64,000 bases of DNA, from the IMG/VR virus record IMGVR_UViG_3300021335_000003; one strand, given 5' to 3'. Below the pieces are notes generated by a model that saw nothing but the letters and a program-made list of their open reading frames with translations, searched no databases and was not told the DNA's origin. Shown one piece after another: positions 32,701 through 41,358 of the stretch; position 1 is the stretch's first letter; each line of letters opens with the position of its first letter. The stretch comes from a virus. A program made the position numbers and the translations under genes.

Positions 32701-33317
32701 TTAAAGTTAATTGTGCCATCACTGTTGTAAACTAGTCCAGAAGCAATTTGACAGGCTCTTTTAACAGTTTTAACCGGAGCACTCTGTCCATCGTTATCAT
32801 CATCACCTTGTTCTTGTGAAACATAAACCACGTTACCACCAAAGATATCCGAGTCTTGGAAGAATAATTGACCATTGCCATCTGTCGCTAAGATTTGACC
32901 TACGGTACCTTGTGACGGAGGCAATGTCAAGTTGTACCCTGCATCTAGTGTGTCTGGTGCTTTAATTGCCACACCGTCATCACCTGATGCTGTAAGTTCT
33001 TTAAACGTTAGTGTTTTTGCATCTTCAATATCTAAGTCATTAAACAAGTTCATACCTGCTGCTGTAAATTGAGCAGTGTCTTGTTCATTTACTCTAATAT
33101 TAATTTCTGCTGCGGCACTATCACCTTTATCAGTAATAGCAATCTCGGTATCGTTATCAAAAATTCTTCTTGTAACATCTTGTACAGTGTTATCATCACG
33201 CAGTAGGAAGATTTTACCATCTGCTGTGTTGATTGCTAATTCGCCTGATTCTAGTTGAGATACTATCGGTTGCTTACCCGCGACCGCACTACGTTTATGT
33301 TTAATTCTTGTTGCCAT
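23772..33317 (-). CDS. Giant tail fibre protein (3181 aa) with C-terminal intramolecular chaperone (peptidase S74-like)
   Basis: N-term KRS...P....LESGELAINTADGKIF; KCxRD helical repeats; LDGxDSxxFLRSD fibre repeats; C-term YSDERLK...IGVSAQEVE.VLPE...V.YDKMVPVLIEAIKE coiled coil. Confidence 0.88.
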   Translation of the reverse strand: MATRIKHKRSAVAGKQPIVSQLESGELAINTADGKIFLLRDDNTVQDVTRRIFDNDTEIAITDKGDSAAAEINIRVNEQDTAQFTAAGMNLFNDLDIEDAKTLTFKELTASGDDGVAIKAPDTLDAGYNLTLPPSQGTVGQILATDGNGQLFFQDSDIFGGNVVYVSQEQGDDDNDGQSAPVKTVKRACQIASGLVYNSDGTINFKRVNIKVAVGDYTEDNPVIVPDNTVIKGDGLRGCIIRPANANLDILRVRNACYFGEFTFRDGVDDNFIPTITADYAVAFDDPFDPIITDRADYTNLPNTRPTIVTSPYIQNASIISFLGMNGAKIDGSKVESPNVPTYGIEAENPVVGAIPEQGKSMVANAFTILSFGGTAWRLTNDAYAQIVSCFEIFLLNGVYCQSGGYCSITNSATNFGLYALRSSGFSPKAFAFDRSFVTATGISDGKQTISIVGINRDAPVEEFVLRFREPDYKTAHDLLISNKDLIAADTVTWINAQISAATPSIWAGFTYNEDKCRRDTRDLLDAIRYDIIFNSNYRTVSAALRYFSGSFDTDTFAAQKDQHIAAFGQAKTLTANYLSDATATSRSNALWDEIIDIITNGDANTVPGDAVADAYTRPIPTGGTGNASDSGYANAVTQLLNNKLFIQKEITAWIGTQVGAGIDPFSTGFVYNEDKCERDTGLIVDALVYDLTYGGNLQTTIAALAYFVDGVQQYGAGQLEETVAAYERLKTVIQEVILTTPVSVSSGNPETQNVAASAGSTDASDDAGDRVQEIIDYIQSEGATAPTRIEPDLTWVNSNAEYSAYNELDEEGRINIAQNVTQYINEQIQANIWYGFTYDESKCNRDTQLIVEAVAKDTWDTGNRYSRSAGLAYYTRNLQDSTQLTISGQELQTIAAIDQAKVEALTYISSLSAATQDFAGSRFDIVTTIINDPLDLPDPTEVSSEGDITNDFKTTPTETTFDGVTAVNAATDIITIIGHGFTNGQKVIYDPNGNTPIQGLDPEQQYYINLISEDEFRLAFDDSLDFGVNIIGTSTGTHKFLSGVIEFYVEEILSSHTTYQQLELESGSEGFEFVPGRAITGTTGAQNNSAIVHSWEPRDRLLVVSIEEVAVGQSLLRIQFDETSTIDSDHASVPNTTIGVNEAISRTNLGTATFSVTATDGSSSLSNLINLPENQCWFHRPSVVNSSAHTWEYAGSGTDYNALPQNGGNTRAEYEQFEELPGRVYSSGTNELGDFKVGDFITAFNRTGNITFRNKVQVDELDALRLSLSDVAIEEISTSVNLGDDEIGGPSDARLPTQLSVRSFISNRLGGFVDKTVSTAAVPGAIVQLNTNGQLNADLIPATRQFTNTNTDGYQSRLEQVDDIPPIDLKAGDIATENYEQVELTLTGNITANDGDVITQPGVADAIGYAKGNYIASGNLLVVTIGGEWNDEDDSVGDPWEVSAGSLFVEGVDSGATIASKGPSTEIIDNWFLRSSNSSQFLNLDPTDDYTFTSVNITTIERNSDVATVTTDVAHNLQVANNVNIICSDESYNENGLVLSVPSSTTFTYANVDSADPTKASAAATGTVRTIVTSADGGAQGAVTEYVEGIAENLDNANLVNGSGYTPLLATKTYEAVPFQAKTGSGTGAKGNITITAGQITDVDITRGGSGYEVGDLLEVLASDVGGTGSGFEIEVTSVAKRAYVNILGGELFVASVTSIDFVEDNTAVATARDINLDDVITHNFLAGSTGGGGAVNYVDYRITIPNHGFGQGDPVSYDSLANTPIGGLLNEQVYYVKVIDVNTIELYEGFALLNQVEFSSTPANNNHNITRKTVNITDNSIVVENHGFTTGDAFRIETLEDGSTVNVLPTVSTGDAIDSGSRFFVGSVTDNSFTIHALRSDALNSINDLVTNAIDIISTGVGSAQVIKNNVQVNSVINTSSRLLDNWNTLAVTNIDAENIISGTISPSRLGASGVPNSDTALFGDSSYKTVVQSVKVANTTDNPITLTGSSLSGEFYGDPVNIGIANVDYDPLGTFSGLGVSRFLQSQFDVDTGGSGQVFIKDGVIDAGTLDGLDSAYFLNPSNLTSVVPVNKGGTALATYSIGDIIYAQSASTLNQLGIGRRNNFLKSNGTVPEWGTALDLAEGLDVGSAALTSKSTGAGRIYNENVTSLQIGGAATNVRLGNGDGPRDLFPFIASYEATVARDVAVNLESITQSTSEVTQNGVNEVIMTDTTGILAGMIVTGSTSIPSNTTVSGVTDDAIYLSNDTTGSILSATTLAFQYTPFTLGVLPGDTVNIGSSGVTNLDGTWIVSGATETATSFTIRTDNLVTALVTDIPAGTHTINNTLILKNETVVVGNAESSATPANGTIKGTDGFGTDVAGGNLTLEAGIGTGNATGGTFTVKTGETSTTSDLQQTSTVRLTIDTYGDTDITGYTDFTDTTAIKVPLGTTAQRPGEAGIRVPVTTGQIRFNSTDVAFEGYDGTAWATLGGVKDIDQDTFIRAETASGDDNDDLDFFTANVQRMQIDENGDLKFGDALDKVTIAFTTGNTTIAGDLVLTGDLTVNGTTTTLDTTTLIVEDKNIELGNVASPTDITANGGGITLLGDTNKTMLYNVTNAAWEFSESINVANTKVYRVNNSDVLSATTLGTGVVNSSLTTVGALAAGSIASSFGNIDIGTSTFTGNGSGLTTLNASELDSGTVDGARLGGNQTMAGVKTFSDTSAATNTTTGAVRVGGGMGVAGDLYAGSLNTADGSGIDNLSASNLDQGTVPNARITGTYSNLTGTGALDAGSISSNFGNIDIGTSTFTGNGSGLTNVDAETLDGIDSTSFLRSDTADTMSALLTIEFAGDEMLRLTDTSATGNPYMSFYQAGTRAAYIQYVDSGDRLRLYNDVSDDFVDIRSGQNGLKYNYDGTEYTVWHSGNDGAGSGLDADQLDGLSSGSFLRSDANDSFSGEISGAGSINITGNVTANLFTGDGSGLTGISADDANTLDGLDSTQFVRSDANDSVSGVITFSGSGQNRLNLRNTTNGGYVGITFSDQSSASQVGTMRYTHIDTQSLGGNEAFIFEGTEPTTVLYVDGQFKASSEITAYYSDERLKDFQGKVPNALDKIMSLNGYLFTENAKAKELGYNNDRVQIGVSAQEVEAVLPELIEKAPIQGEHDYKTVKYDKMVPVLIEAIKEQQKEIDELKAMVQKLLDK

Positions 33318-33423
33318 TAAGGCTGCCTCCTATTTAGGTACGGGTCAAGTCTATATAGACGCCCAATTAAAGCAATAGAAATTGCTTAAAGTATTTATCA
33401 TAGGAGAAAAAGTAGTAGCTTAA

Positions 33424-36400
33424 TTAAAAGCTACCACCGTCTAGTGTATCAGTCCAAACTGGAGTTGCGTCACTGTCACTTGTTACTGTTAGTACTTGAT
33501 AACTGACGCTTGCATCGCTAGTTCCTGCTGCATCAGTGACTTGTACTGGACTGTCTGCATTACCATACAAAATACCATCTTCAGTAAATTCACTTACACC
33601 TGTACCACCATACTGTACTTCAAGATCGTTATTTGTTAGTATTAGTGTTCCATCAACTGTTACGTCAATGTCAAATGTTGTGTTACCATTTACAGTGCCG
33701 CCTGTAAGTTTGTTTAGGTATCTGTTTTCAACATAAGTTGCAACTGCTTTCTGTGTTGGAGCAGTATTGAAGTCTTGAGTACCAATACTTGATACCAAGT
33801 TTGCGTTGTCACTAACCTCTTTTAGTTCAACACCAACTGGTACGCCGTCTCTAATAAATGGACCAACACTGGTTAGACCTGACAAGTCAATTTCATTAGC
33901 ATTCAGTGTAATAGCACCTGTTAGAGCATTAACACCAAAGAAGTTACCAACTCTAAAGTTACCAATTTGGTCCACTGTACCACCAGCAAACACTCTACCT
34001 TGATTACGTTCGATAATCTCTTGTTCTGGTATTGCTGTACCGCCAAAGAACGGAAGTGCATTGTAATCAACACCTGCACCCACATATTCAAAGGCATGAC
34101 CTGATGTACTAATTGTACTCACATTGTACAGAGCTGCTTTCTTATCAGTTGTAACACTTGTTAGTCCTGGGAAGATAGTAATTTCCGCTGTACCACCAAA
34201 TTCTGCATTTAGATCATCAATTGCTGATGTAACAATCGCTTCTTGATTACCTAGTATAATGTTTCTTTCACTATGATAAACTGCGCTTCCTAATTCGTGA
34301 TTGTGAGGAACTTCATGCCAACCTGTTGTTGTGTTTTCTAATACGCTTAGTGCAATTCTATCAACTAGTAGTTTGATATTATCGCCAACTGTGCTAGAAG
34401 CATCATCATTTGTTAAGAATACTTGGTTTTCAAAGTTTGCATAACTCTTAGTTACAGGATCATTGGCTGCAATTTGTTTCATAATTGTGCCGAGATAATA
34501 ATAGCTATATGCAGTTAAGTCACTTTGATTTGGATAATTTGTACCACTTAGATTGTTTAAGATTGCTCCGCTGTAATATGCAAGTCCTGCTCTACGTGAT
34601 TGTTTGTTACCACCGTACATGATATCATAAATTACTGCATCAATAATATATCCTGTATCACGCTTACACTTGTCTATGTTGTATTCAAATCCTAAAATAC
34701 TTTCGTTGATGTAGTCAATTGTACCTTGTTGGATATTTGCTTTTTGTGATAGCAAACCTGCTGCTGCTGATTTAGTTGATGCTGGAAGCCAACTGTAATC
34801 TGCTTCAATTTCGCCTGGAGTACCAACTAGTGTTTGATTATCTACTGCATCTTTTACAATACCAATCAAATCAACTGCAATTGTACTTTCAACACTTGTA
34901 CCATAATCGCCGCTTAGTACTTGGCTTTCGGTGTTGCCTGGCTGCGGTGTTACAGCAATACCTTGAATACAATCTTCTACCACATCTTGTAAGTGTGTGT
35001 ATGCATCTACTGTGATATCTTTTTGTTCATTTGGCAGATAATTAGTAGTTCCTAAGAAGTATGCTCTTGTTGCAATCAATGTTGCAATATTACCTGTGTA
35101 AAGCAAATCATAAACTATAGCATCAATAATCTGTCCTGTGTCTTCTTTACACTTGTCTTGATCATATGAGAATGCATTGTAAGTTGTTTCTAAGAATGTT
35201 ATTGTGCCATCTACAATAGTTGATTTTTGAGCTTGTAAATTATCAATTGCTGCCTGTGCTCCTGCACTTGCCCAAGTTGTATCTGGATATGTAATACTGC
35301 TTGGCAACTGATCGCTACCATTTTCAATTACATCCTGTATAATTTGTAGTAATGTTTCTGCTCTAGTTACTTCAGTTGCACTTGCTGCACCTGCTGTTGT
35401 ATCTTGAGTTTCGACTGTTTGCTCAGGATCTGCTACAACAACGTCTAATAGCACATCTCCTAGTAATGTTTTAACCCATCCTAATGCTTGTGCTGTTTCT
35501 GTTTGTTGTCCGCTAACTTGACTTGCAGTGCCAACATAATAACTTTGTGCAGCTGAGTATGTTGCTGCATTACCACCATAAAGAATATCATAAGTTAATG
35601 CATCTACAATATATTTTGTGTCTCTATTACACTTAGTTGCGTTAAATTCAAATGTTCTTGTGAAGGTAAAGTTAATATAGTCAATTACTAGGTTTTGGAA
35701 GTAACCTGTGTTGTTTGTTAAACTTGTGAAGTCATTTTGTAAAGTTGAACTTGTCCAAGAAATATCTGTGTCAATATCTGCAGGTAGTCCATCTAAGTTG
35801 CCTGCATTAATAACATCTTCTACAATTTGTATTAAGTTGTCTGCAACACCTGCTTCAATAGCACCTGCACTTGGTCTAGTTGTATCTTGCACAACTGTAA
35901 CCTGTTCAAGTGTTGAGTGTGGAGTACCTTGGATAACGTCTGATAAAACATTTGCAAGTTCTTGATACGCTGCCACTGTTGCCGCTTGTTGTCCTGCACC
36001 TAATTGACTTGTTGTGCCTACAAAATAGCTTTCAGCAGCTTGTTTAGTTGCCAAGTTACCTGGATATAGCAAGTCGTATGCAATAGCATCAACAATATAC
36101 TTTACGTCTCTAGCACACTTGTCTTCATCAAATACCAGTGAAAGATAATTGTTTGTAACAAATGCTGTTGTTTCTGCTGCAATGAAGTCTCTGTTTGCTT
36201 GCAAATGTTCTACAGCAACAGGTTTGTTAGCATTTATACCACTATCTGGATAAACAATCGTATCTGCGGCTGTGTCTGTGCTGGTTTCACCGTTTTCAAT
36301 AATATCAATAATTTCGTTAAAGCCTGCTCTAACTCTATTAACAAATAAACTTGATAAACGGAACATTTGTTCAATAATTTGATCACGCAAGTATTTTATA

Positions 36401-39400
36401 GCAAGAACAGTTTGCAAGTTTTGATCACTTAAAACATAACCACTATTTGCTCTTTGGTATGCTAATCCTGCTGTAACACTATTATAGTTTGTACCAATAG
36501 CACCATCATACGCAACTGCCTCTATCATAATGCCAACATCTCTACGACACTTAGCTTCATCGTATTCAAACGATTGGAAATTGTTAGCAATAAAGATACT
36601 GATGTTGGTTTGTACTAGCTCTTTGTTGCCCTTAATTGTGTTGTAGCCTTGGATTTTTTCCTGTGATGCATAAGTGATATTAGGAAGTTGTGTTGCTGGT
36701 AAATTGTCTAAATTACCGTTTGCAATTACTTGTGTAATAATATCAACTAATCCTTCAGCATCGTCAGCTTCTGTTGAGCTTGCTGGAGTGCCGCTTGTAT
36801 CTTGGAATGCGCCATTGCCTGCAGATTTTACAACAGGCTGTTCGATTAGGATATCTCCTACGATATCTCTAAGTCTATCATATGCACCAGCTGTAGCTGC
36901 TTCTTCACTAGGCGAACCTAGTTGGCTAACACCATCTACAAAATAACTGTTGGCTACTGTAATTGTTGCACTGTTACCACCATACAAAATGTCATGGCAT
37001 AATGCATCAACGATATAACCAACATCACGCTCACATTTTGCACTATCATATGATAAACTTGGGAAGTTTACCGCAATCCAAGCAATCACTTCTGATATAA
37101 TAAAGTTTTTATTTGCAATCAATTGATTTTTAGCTTCTACAGCATTTGTTGTTGGTAGTACACCGGGTGTTGGAAATAACAATGGATCTGCTGCATCGTC
37201 TGTGCTTAGATTACCGTTTTCTAAGATATCAATAACTTCGTCAACCGAAGCATTAACAAGTGGTTCAACTACATCTGTTAGTCCTAAAAGCACAAGTTGC
37301 TTTTTAAGTTCTCTCAAAGACGCACTTGTCTGAATTAATTGATTATCTTGTAAATTAGCATTACTTGCTCTTTGATATGCTAAGCCTGCTGTTACACTGT
37401 TGTAATTTGTTCCTAAAGTAAGGTCAAGTGCAACTGCATCCATTATCAAACCAATATCACGCTCACACTTGTCTCTATTGTATGAGAAGTTTTGATAGTT
37501 GTTCTGTATAAACGATACTGCTTCTGCTGCTAAGAAATCTCTGTTGGCTTGCAATTGATCTTTTGCTGCAATAGTTGCTGCTGTTGCACCAGTTGGATTA
37601 GTAAATGTCAAAGGATCAGCTGCTGTATCCGTGCTAACCACACCATTATTTAAAATATCAATTACTTCATCAAAGTTTGCTTCAACTGCTGTCTGTGTTG
37701 CAGTATCTCCTACTGTTGCAATGCTTGCTTCGCCTTTTGCATAAGATAATGCTGCGGCAGTTTCTGCTAATTGATCTGCAATAACTTTTGCGCTATTTGC
37801 ACGTTGATACGCTAAACCGTTTGTAACTGCATTATAGTTGGTGCCGAGTAGTGCATCATAACCAGCACCGTCGATAATGATACCTGTGTCTCTTTCACAC
37901 TTGGCTTGGTCATATGTGAAGTTATTGTTGTTGATATATGCTACAACATCCTCTTGTAAGAACGCTCTGTTTGCAACAACTTGTGCATGAGCATTAATTA
38001 ATTCTGTGCTTGCAGGACCCGGTGTAGGATACAAATTACCTTCACTTGGTTGTTGATCAAATTCAATTATGTTAAAGATGTCTTCAAATAAGTTAGTAAC
38101 TTTTGTTTGGAATATTGCACTTCCATTTGATGCTGCTACTGCAAGATCGCCAGCGTGTCTCAATGCAATGATAGTTGCTGGTCTTTGCTCTGTATTTAGG
38201 TAAGCAACGTTTGCTCTGCTATAACTTAATGCCGCTGTAATACTGTGATGGTTTGTATCAACTAGTGCATCTCGATAAACGGCATCAACTATATAACCTA
38301 CATCACGCTTACATTTTTCAACATCATAGGTTAAGGTAGGATTATTTGCTTTGTTGTAGTCAATAGCATCTTGTATGTAGTTTGGTACTTGTGAAAGCAC
38401 TTGATTGGCTGCATCAACTTGTGGAATTGGTTCATCGCTAATGTCTGGATATCTTTTGGTTGCTAGATTTGTTAATGTTTGTTCATTAATAATTAACTCT
38501 AAGTTTTGAATCAATGCATCTAATTCACTAGCTTCAACTTGTGTGGCTGTACCACTTGAAAAATCTTGTGATTCCACATTTCCTGTGGTTGCTGTAACAG
38601 TAAATCCTCTAACAATACGTTGTACAATAAATCTTACTCTTGCAAATGCATCTTCAATAATTGCAATTTGTGCAGTTGTAAAGCCACTCCATGTTACCGC
38701 ATTGAATATATATTTTGTTTCTTGTACTGTAGCAGTGTTGCCGCCATAAAGTATATCATATGATAGCGCATCAACTAGATTACTAACATAATCTTCCCAT
38801 TCAGCTTGATCATATTCTATTGTGCCACCGTTTAAATCAACGTATGCAACCCAGTCTGCAATTATAAAATCTTTGTTTGCTTGCAATTGATTTTTTGCAT
38901 CAACACCGTTTTGAGTAAATCCGCTATGTGTAGGATATAGACTAACAATACCTGTACTATCGCCGTCATCAACAACGTTTTTTAATGTGTTTATTGTTTC
39001 ATCAACTGCCGCTTGAGCAGGACCGTTTGCTGCAACAAAACTTAGATTTTTAAATTGTGTTCTAAGATATTCAAAACTAGATAACAACATGTCTCTAAAG
39101 CGAGGTCTGTATCTAAATTCTTGTGCTTGACGTACAACGTTGTGTGTTCCTCCGTGCGCAATATAGTATGACATTTCTGTTAATAATTGTGTCAAATCTT
39201 CTGTATATTGTGCTTGATTGTAACTTAATTCTGTAAATTGATCATTGATGTATGCACTTAACTCTTCGATAATAAAATCTCTATTGGCTAAAATATTGTC
39301 TTTTGCTTCGATTACTTCGCCGTCAATTGTGGTTAAATCGTTAAGTGTAGCAGCGTAGTCACTACCTAAATATTCTGTAGCACTACTGTCGCCTGCGTTT

Positions 39401-41016
39401 AATGTATCAACAATAACTGCAAATCTTTGATCAATTTCTTCTTTGAGAGCAAGATTTGTAGTTAATGCTTTCATTTCGTCTCGTGTTGCTTCAATACCGT
39501 AAATAGTAGGAGCCAACTGATCTAAAATAACTTTTCTACTTGTGCTACGCAAATAGCTTGTTGCTGCGGCTGTACTTTGATAATATGTGCCAAACACAAT
39601 ATCACTAGTTACAGCATCAATAATTCTGCGCACGTCTCTTTTACAGGTTTCAACATTATATGTAAAAGGATTTTCTGTAATTTCGTTAGCAGTGATGTAA
39701 TAATATGTTTCGTCGCCTTCAAATTTGATAATACTACCAGTTTGCGGTTTGTCTCTCAAACTTGCAAGTTCAATACTGCTATTAGTTGATAGATTAACAT
39801 CAGCAGTAGCATCAACACTTGCACCGCCGCCAGTGAATCTAACCTGTGGAATTTCGGTATATCCACTACCTTGATTGTCAATAGTGACAGCACTAACTGT
39901 TCCTGTTGTGATGTCAATTTGTGCAGTACCTTGTGCAGTTACACCGCCTGCACCAAGTGGTGGATCAAATGTAACAGTTGGTGCGCTGGTATAACCAATA
40001 CCCGGAAAATCCATAGTAACACTTGCTACTTTTGAGAAATAATCTTGTGTTGGAACAGCTTCAGTGTATGCAATTGGATAGAAGCCATCTGCTACAACAC
40101 CTTCTGTACCAAAGTCACTAACTGAGTTTGAAATACTTAGGTAACCACCTTTGGTAGTTAGGAAACCTACGCTACAGAAAACTGAGAAGCAACTAACAAT
40201 CTGTGTATAACCAAAGTTTGTAATGTGGAAGCCAATACCACCTTGTGAAATCTGTGTAAATGCGTCTGCAACAAATGAGAATACAAGTGATGCAGGATCA
40301 TACTCGTCGCCATCAACAAGTATGCCGCCGCCTCCGCCTGTTAGATTAACTTGTTTTTCAACAGGAAGATCTGGATAGTCTGCAACTTGTAAAGGTCTTG
40401 CACCTGGTTCGATACCTTCAATTTGAACTGTTTCAAATGGTGTAAATTCAGTACCGTCATTCAACCAAGGACCGTTCATGTTAGTACAGTTTTGTACGTA
40501 CGGTGATGTTGTAACAAGTGCGCCTGGACGGATTCTTGCACACCAACCCGGATAACGTAGTCCTCTAAATGTCATTTGGAATAGATAACAACCGTTGCCC
40601 ATAAAGAACAAATCATCTGTATTGTTCTTAGGAAAAATTCTTGTGTTACGTAATTCGCCTTGTCCTGAAACAGTCACAAAGTCTCTAAGTGTAATAGGGT
40701 TATCTTCAACGTAATCACCAGGTGCAACAACAATTAAACTACCTTCAGGTGCTACTTCTGCTGCTTTTTTAATACTAGCAAACGCTCCGTTAGCATCTTG
40801 ACTTCGGCCGTCATTGTTATCACTGCCTTCTTCAGTAACATAATAAATGTTCTGTGTCTTTGGACCTGATGTACTACCATCAACAACAACGTCTGCGTCA
40901 ATTCTAAATTGTTTGCCTTCGTCGAGATTCATTTCTATATTGCCATCTGCGGTCAATATAAAAGTATTGTCTCCTACTTTCCTTTGATGTAATGACTGTC
41001 TCTTTATAAAACTCAT
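33424..41016 (-). CDS. Giant virion structural protein (2530 aa) with many Y(D/N)xxKCxRDxGxIIDAxxYD repeats
   Basis: Repeats visible in translation; shares SPY.QN, AFT, QIVSCF and H.(F/W)EY.G.G.DYNALP blocks with the 3181-aa protein. Confidence 0.8.
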   Translation of the reverse strand: MSFIKRQSLHQRKVGDNTFILTADGNIEMNLDEGKQFRIDADVVVDGSTSGPKTQNIYYVTEEGSDNNDGRSQDANGAFASIKKAAEVAPEGSLIVVAPGDYVEDNPITLRDFVTVSGQGELRNTRIFPKNNTDDLFFMGNGCYLFQMTFRGLRYPGWCARIRPGALVTTSPYVQNCTNMNGPWLNDGTEFTPFETVQIEGIEPGARPLQVADYPDLPVEKQVNLTGGGGGILVDGDEYDPASLVFSFVADAFTQISQGGIGFHITNFGYTQIVSCFSVFCSVGFLTTKGGYLSISNSVSDFGTEGVVADGFYPIAYTEAVPTQDYFSKVASVTMDFPGIGYTSAPTVTFDPPLGAGGVTAQGTAQIDITTGTVSAVTIDNQGSGYTEIPQVRFTGGGASVDATADVNLSTNSSIELASLRDKPQTGSIIKFEGDETYYYITANEITENPFTYNVETCKRDVRRIIDAVTSDIVFGTYYQSTAAATSYLRSTSRKVILDQLAPTIYGIEATRDEMKALTTNLALKEEIDQRFAVIVDTLNAGDSSATEYLGSDYAATLNDLTTIDGEVIEAKDNILANRDFIIEELSAYINDQFTELSYNQAQYTEDLTQLLTEMSYYIAHGGTHNVVRQAQEFRYRPRFRDMLLSSFEYLRTQFKNLSFVAANGPAQAAVDETINTLKNVVDDGDSTGIVSLYPTHSGFTQNGVDAKNQLQANKDFIIADWVAYVDLNGGTIEYDQAEWEDYVSNLVDALSYDILYGGNTATVQETKYIFNAVTWSGFTTAQIAIIEDAFARVRFIVQRIVRGFTVTATTGNVESQDFSSGTATQVEASELDALIQNLELIINEQTLTNLATKRYPDISDEPIPQVDAANQVLSQVPNYIQDAIDYNKANNPTLTYDVEKCKRDVGYIVDAVYRDALVDTNHHSITAALSYSRANVAYLNTEQRPATIIALRHAGDLAVAASNGSAIFQTKVTNLFEDIFNIIEFDQQPSEGNLYPTPGPASTELINAHAQVVANRAFLQEDVVAYINNNNFTYDQAKCERDTGIIIDGAGYDALLGTNYNAVTNGLAYQRANSAKVIADQLAETAAALSYAKGEASIATVGDTATQTAVEANFDEVIDILNNGVVSTDTAADPLTFTNPTGATAATIAAKDQLQANRDFLAAEAVSFIQNNYQNFSYNRDKCERDIGLIMDAVALDLTLGTNYNSVTAGLAYQRASNANLQDNQLIQTSASLRELKKQLVLLGLTDVVEPLVNASVDEVIDILENGNLSTDDAADPLLFPTPGVLPTTNAVEAKNQLIANKNFIISEVIAWIAVNFPSLSYDSAKCERDVGYIVDALCHDILYGGNSATITVANSYFVDGVSQLGSPSEEAATAGAYDRLRDIVGDILIEQPVVKSAGNGAFQDTSGTPASSTEADDAEGLVDIITQVIANGNLDNLPATQLPNITYASQEKIQGYNTIKGNKELVQTNISIFIANNFQSFEYDEAKCRRDVGIMIEAVAYDGAIGTNYNSVTAGLAYQRANSGYVLSDQNLQTVLAIKYLRDQIIEQMFRLSSLFVNRVRAGFNEIIDIIENGETSTDTAADTIVYPDSGINANKPVAVEHLQANRDFIAAETTAFVTNNYLSLVFDEDKCARDVKYIVDAIAYDLLYPGNLATKQAAESYFVGTTSQLGAGQQAATVAAYQELANVLSDVIQGTPHSTLEQVTVVQDTTRPSAGAIEAGVADNLIQIVEDVINAGNLDGLPADIDTDISWTSSTLQNDFTSLTNNTGYFQNLVIDYINFTFTRTFEFNATKCNRDTKYIVDALTYDILYGGNAATYSAAQSYYVGTASQVSGQQTETAQALGWVKTLLGDVLLDVVVADPEQTVETQDTTAGAASATEVTRAETLLQIIQDVIENGSDQLPSSITYPDTTWASAGAQAAIDNLQAQKSTIVDGTITFLETTYNAFSYDQDKCKEDTGQIIDAIVYDLLYTGNIATLIATRAYFLGTTNYLPNEQKDITVDAYTHLQDVVEDCIQGIAVTPQPGNTESQVLSGDYGTSVESTIAVDLIGIVKDAVDNQTLVGTPGEIEADYSWLPASTKSAAAGLLSQKANIQQGTIDYINESILGFEYNIDKCKRDTGYIIDAVIYDIMYGGNKQSRRAGLAYYSGAILNNLSGTNYPNQSDLTAYSYYYLGTIMKQIAANDPVTKSYANFENQVFLTNDDASSTVGDNIKLLVDRIALSVLENTTTGWHEVPHNHELGSAVYHSERNIILGNQEAIVTSAIDDLNAEFGGTAEITIFPGLTSVTTDKKAALYNVSTISTSGHAFEYVGAGVDYNALPFFGGTAIPEQEIIERNQGRVFAGGTVDQIGNFRVGNFFGVNALTGAITLNANEIDLSGLTSVGPFIRDGVPVGVELKEVSDNANLVSSIGTQDFNTAPTQKAVATYVENRYLNKLTGGTVNGNTTFDIDVTVDGTLILTNNDLEVQYGGTGVSEFTEDGILYGNADSPVQVTDAAGTSDASVSYQVLTVTSDSDATPVWTDTLDGGSF

Positions 41017-41349
41017 TTAAACTTCCAAAAAACTCAATGTTGCTGATAAAACTGTAGGTGATCCACCTACACATACGACTGTGTCGCCTTCTTCTAAAAT
41101 CAATCTTTCAGTTGAAAACGTAAATGTATCTGCACTATCAATTGGTAAATCATTGATAATACGATTTGCATCTGATTTAGATTGACCATCGGGTATAACA
41201 TGCACATCTACTTGCGTATCATTTACTCCACTTCCATCATTTACACCATTGTTGCAAATTAGTAGTGTTGTTAGTGCATATTTTTTGCCAGCAGGAACAG
41301 TGAGTAACGTTGTGTCAGTTGTTGCTATTGTTGCATTTACTATTGCCAT
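41017..41349 (-). CDS. Small putative virion protein
   Basis: Beta-rich ORF in the structural operon. Confidence 0.65.
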   Translation of the reverse strand: MAIVNATIATTDTTLLTVPAGKKYALTTLLICNNGVNDGSGVNDTQVDVHVIPDGQSKSDANRIINDLPIDSADTFTFSTERLILEEGDTVVCVGGSPTVLSATLSFLEV

Positions 41350-41358
41350 CTTTATTCC

